A program made the translations under genes and the position numbers. Positions 59,393-64,000 of a stretch of 64,000 nucleotides of DNA are shown here, one piece after another; positions within the stretch are counted from its first letter, which is position 1; each line of letters begins with the position of its first letter. Below the pieces are notes generated by a model. It had not been told where the DNA came from and searched no databases. It saw nothing but the letters and a program-made list of their open reading frames with translations. The DNA comes from Diplonema japonicum (lineage: Eukaryota; Protista; Euglenozoa: Diplonemea): the NCBI GenBank assembly GCA_964019335.1, contig OZ025758.1, positions 62,001 to 126,000 on the forward strand, given 5' to 3'.

Positions 59393-62300
59393 TCCCCGCC
59401 TCTTCCTTCGTCAAAGGAAGGGTCTTGAACCAGTCCCGGAGAGACTCCACCATCGCGTAGAACCCGTGCGGGTGACGCCCGAAGGACTGGCTCATCGAGC
59501 CGCTCCCGTCGAACACGACCGCCACGTCCATCGAGGGGCAGCCCCCGAAGTCCTCCGACTTGCACACGGCGTTCTTCGAGTCCCACGAGCACACGTCCCT
59601 CGCGTTGCAAGCGCACTGGTCCGCCAGGTCCGAGCACACCACCTCCTTGCACACGGCCTCGTCCCCCTTCCACGCGCACTTCTTGTTGTTCTCGCAGAGA
59701 GCCTCCGTCTTCAGCTTCCGGCAGTACTTCTCGCTGCAGATCGTCGGCGACTCCTTCACGTCCCAGTGGCACGCCTCGTCGTGGTCGCACGTCTTCTCGT
59801 CCAGGTGGTGCACGCAAGGCTTCACCTTGCAGCTGTTCGACTCCCACGTGCAGCGCCTGCTGTCCTCCAAGCACTCGCTCGGGCTCGTCGTGGTGCACGG
59901 CTGCTCCACGCACTGCGCCCACGGCTGCGTCCCCGAGATCGCCTCGTCCCACGTGCACGCCCCGTCCAACGTGCACGCCTCCTTGCTCTCGTAGGTGCAC
60001 GGGCGCTTGTAGCAGTGGTCCGACTTGCTGCTCCACACGCACCCCGTGGGGTCGCTCAGGCACCCGGACTCCGCCTCGTGCTGGCACTCCTTCTCCGCGC
60101 AGGTCGACTCCGCCGCCTTCCACTCGCACCCGGGGTCCGTCGGGCAGACCGCCATCTCGTGGTCGCAGATGCGCTGCTTGTAGCAGATCCCCTGCGCCTC
60201 GTCCCACTCGCACAGGTTCGACGCGTCCGCGGCGCACACCTCCTTCTCGCAGTGTCGCACGCACGCCGAGTCGGAGCACACCAAAAGGCTCGCGCTCCAC
60301 CTGCACGCAGCGTCCTTGTTGCAGCCGTTCCTCTCGAAGTACATCGGACACGGCTGCTTCGGCTTCAACGCCCCCGCCCCGCCTCCCTCCGCCGAGGAGA
60401 TGAGCTTCCCGAACTGCTGCGACGGGTCGCACAGGGTCGCCAGGATCGTCTTCAGGTCCTCCATCTGCGCGTCCAGGAAGTGCTCGGCGCGGACGTCGCT
60501 CAGCACGTCCAGCATCGCGGAACGTCCCTGCCCCGCCGTCGCCGGGAACGCCGCCGCCGGGCGCAGGAGCACCCCGAACACCTTCACCCCGGCCCCGAAC
60601 AGCGCGCTCACCGCCGTGTTCACCTCCGCCCGCCCCGCGTCCATTAGCACGCTGTCCGACACCACAAGCAGCACCTTCTTCCGGTCGGGCCTCGTGAACA
60701 TGTCCTGCGCCAGCTCCAGGGCGTCCGCCACGTACGCGTCCTTCGTGTCGATCATCTTCGCCTCCTGGTAGTCCAGATCCGCCCCCAGCTCAGACAGCAC
60801 CCCGGTCAGGTGCCCGCCGCTCCCCACCGCGGGGCCCGTCTTCGTTGCCCGCCCCTTCGCCGCGAACTGCACCACCCCGACCCGCACCCCGTTCTCGATC
60901 CTCTTCGTCGGCGACACCTTCCCGGAGTCCCCGCTCAGCGGCAGCGTCTTCGCCCAGTCCCTCAAGAACTCCAGCACCGCCTGGTAGCCGCTGGCGTGCC
61001 TCCCGAACGCCTGCTTCATCGAGCTCGTCCCGTCCACCAGCACCACCACGTCCATCAGGGGGCACCCCCCGAAGGACCCGGACACGCACGCCCCGCTCGA
61101 ACCGAACCCGGTGTCCCAGAAGCATCCCGCGTCCTTGTTGCACGGGCACGGCGTCTGGATCTTCGAGCAGTCCTTGTCCGCGCACTTCTGCGCTGCCTCG
61201 TCCCAGCTGCACCTCAGCTGCGGGTCCGTCTCGCACGTCCCCTCCGACTCGTACCTCAGGCACACCTTCACGTCGCACTTTGCGGGCGCGGTGCTCACGT
61301 CCCAGTGGCACTCGTAGTCGTGGTCGCAGGTCTGCTCGTCGTCGTGCTCCCTGCACTTCTTGAACACGCACTCCTGCGCCTTCCACTCGCACGCGTCGTC
61401 CGACGTGCACGACGCAGGGTCCGTCGAGCTCGTGCACCTCTGCTTCTTGCAGTGGTCCTTGGACCACACGCAGGAGGAAGCGGCCGCCGCGGCGTTGCAG
61501 GTCTGCTCCGTTGTGTGCGTGCACTCCTTCTTCGTGCACACCTTCGTCTTCGAGCTCCACTCGCAAACGTTCGCATCCGTGATGCAGCTGTCCTCCGTGT
61601 GGTGGTTCACACACGGCTTCTCCGTGCAGCGGTAGAAACCGATGTCCACCATCGTCCACGCGCAGCCTCCGTTCTCCGTCACCGCCTCGCACGCCGCCTC
61701 CGTCTTCTGCGACGGGCACGTCGTCGTCGGCTTCTTGAAGCACGACGACGTCGCCCACTCGCACGCCACGTCCGCCGCACACGCCGTTTCGTCGCACCCG
61801 TACGTCCTGCAAGGGTGCACCGTGCACCGCAGCAGAGCCTCCGACCACACGCACCCCGCGTCGGCCCGGCAGTCTCCCGCTCCGGCGTAGCTCAGGCAAG
61901 GCATCATCTTTTCCGCCGCCGCTTGCTGTTGCTCGAGGGTCATCGCGTTCTTCTTCAGCATCGCAGCCCCGAACACCTTCGTTTGGTCACACATCGCGTT
62001 CAACACCCTCCCCACGAGGTCGTCGATCTCCAAATCCAAGAAGTGCTCGGCGTGCGTCACCGACACGAGCGTCTTCATCTGGTCGGCCGCCGCGTTGTCC
62101 TGCGGCGTCCGCGTGCTCAAGCGGCGGAGGCTCACCCCGAACACCTGCACCGTCGGGTCCAGCTTCTCCATCGCCACCTTCAGCTTGTCCTCGTCCGAGA
62201 CCTTTCCGCTCGTCACCAGCAGCACCGCCTGCGCCCTCGTCGTCGGGCTCTGGCTGGAGAAGATCGTGTGGATGTGCTCCATCGTCCTCTCCGTGAAGCG

Positions 62301-64000
62301 GCCTCCGTTTCCTCCTCCGATCATGTTGACAGAGTGGAAGGCGAGGTCCCCGAGGAGCTGGTTCACGTCGCCGGACAGCAACCCGGCCGCCGACGGGGTC
62401 GACGGCGTCGTCGGGCTCGTCACCAGCATCGGCTGCACGTCGGTCCCCATCTGCACGAAGGCCACCCTCGTCCCCTCCGCCTTCGCCGCCGCCTTCGGCA
62501 CGATGTACGAGTCCCCGTTCAACGGGAGGTCCCGCACCCAGTCCTTCAGCATCTCCATCAGCGCCTCGAACCCGTTCGGGTGTCTCCCGAACCCCCACCC
62601 CATCGGCATCGTCCCGTCGAACGCCACCACCATGTCCACCGGAGGGCAGGCTCCGAAGGCCGCCTCCACGCACGCCGACCTCGTCTCCACCCAGAAGCAC
62701 GACGGCTCCGCCGCGCACTCGCAAGGCTTCCCGTCGTGTCGCATGCACGTCGACGGCACGCAGATGTTGCTCCCCTGCTCGTCGAAGGCGCACGCCGCGT
62801 CCGAAACACAGTCTCCCTTCGTCGTCCACCTCGAGCAGTAGGTCTCCTTGCAGAAGGCGGGCGACGCCGTCACGTCCCACTCGCACCCCGCCTCCGCGAT
62901 GCACGACCCTTCCTCCAGGTGCCCCACGCACCTCTTCTTCTCACACTTCGCGTTGGTGTTCCACACGCACTTCGCGTCCTCCTCGCACGGCTTCGCCGAG
63001 GCGTGCGTGCACGCCTTCACCCCGCACACCGACGCCGTCTGGTCCCACTCGCACCGGTCCCCATCCGCCGTGCAGTCCACCGCCTCCGCGTGCACGCACT
63101 CCTTCTTCTCGCACTTCACCCCGTTCACCCACTCGCACCCCGCGAGGTCCGACACGCACGCGGGCTCCGTGTGGTGCTGGCACGGCGACGGCTCGCACCT
63201 GTCGTTCATCCAGTCGCACTCGTAGTCTTGCAGGCACTTTTGCTGGTCCGCGTGCGCGCACACCTTCTCCTTCGAGCACGTCGCGTCCCCGCTCACGTTG
63301 AAGCGGCACCTGTACGCCGGGTCCGACAGGTCCTCGCACAGCTCCTTCGAGCAGTACTGCAGGCACGGTGACACGGTGCACGCCACCAGCCCCTCGTCCC
63401 ACGCGCAGCCCGAGTCGCGGTTGCACTCCGCCGACCCCTTGTGGAAGGAGCACGGGAGGTGCGAGTCCGTCGTCTTCAGCTCCACCAGCCAGCTTCCCCA
63501 GGCGGTGCTCGGGTTGCACCACTTGTCGAACACCTTCTCCTTCAGGTCGTCGATCGCGATGTTTGCGAAGTGTGCCGCCGTCGGCTCCGTCACGATCGGC
63601 TTCAGCGACGCCTCCGCCTCGTTGTCCACCACCGCGTGCGAGTCGCTGCGTCGCACGACGATCCCGACCAGGTGCGCCCCCGCCGACTGGATCTTCGCCA
63701 GCGGGTCCGCGAGCCTGTTCTCGTCCATCACCGGGCTCCCCGACAGCACGAGCACGATCTTCTTCCTCCCGTCCGCGGGGTACAGGGGCCCCGACAACAG
63801 ACCAGCCGCCATGTCGAGGGCGCTCGCCAGGAAGGTGTCCTTCGCCATGTGGAAGTGCTCCTGGAACGACAGGTCCTGCCTCAGCTCGGGGACGTAGCCG
63901 GAGAGCCTCCCCTTCGCCCCGTCGGGGGACACCAGCGCCGACCCCGGGACCTTCCCGCTCGCGTCCACGAGCCTCTCGTCCCCGCCAAACTGCACCACCG
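54987..64000 (-). CDS. Second copy of the giant multi-VWA membrane protein; 3' portion only (5' end beyond the window)
   Basis: Matches 9605-18618 at a constant offset of 45,382 nt. The translated 3,003 aa and the shadow ORFs lying wholly inside the duplicated block are the same as in copy 1. The annotated start at 63998 is a window-edge artefact. Confidence 0.93.

Noticed and set aside
1-64000. CRISPR arrays, tRNA, rRNA or SL-RNA genes, and a non-standard genetic code
   Set aside because: No repeat-spacer array or RNA-gene structure was recognised. The CAGTTTC motif is too short to call an SL gene. Conserved proteins translate normally and end in standard TGA or TAG stops.

Overview
This is eukaryotic genomic DNA, most likely a euglenozoan (diplonemid-like). 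The evidence is a kinetoplastid-type [13 protein letters not shown] signature in SAM synthetase, short GT-AG cis-introns, and all credible genes on one strand. GC-rich coding blocks are separated by spacers rich in A/T/G/C homopolymers. All eight supportable genes are on the minus strand. In transcription order they are: (1) the 3' 9 kb of a second copy of a giant surface-protein gene (54987..>64000); (2) a secreted bacterial GbpA/CBP21-type AA10 lytic polysaccharide monooxygenase (LPMO) fused to two CBM1-like modules; (3) an ankyrin-repeat gene bracketed by a ~270-bp direct repeat; (4) a single-exon 39.4-kb ORF encoding a 13,142-aa type-I membrane protein; (5) SAM synthetase (one intron); (6) propionyl-CoA carboxylase beta (two 51-nt stop-free introns); (7, 8) two small orphan genes. 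The giant protein has a signal peptide, Ig-like plus C-type lectin modules, 18 VWA domains with a family-specific FGxHPxGF motif, about 32 Ca-binding-EGF-like repeats, many small Cys/Trp repeats, a TM helix and a short tail. The best candidate for an undescribed system is the megadalton multi-VWA/lectin adhesin tandem with the LPMO between its copies, a possible attach-and-oxidise polysaccharide locus; that functional link is inference only. The two giant-gene copies look identical in coding sequence while their homologous 3' flanks are heavily diverged, which suggests gene conversion or an assembly/polishing effect. All domain calls are from motif recognition by eye; no searches were run.
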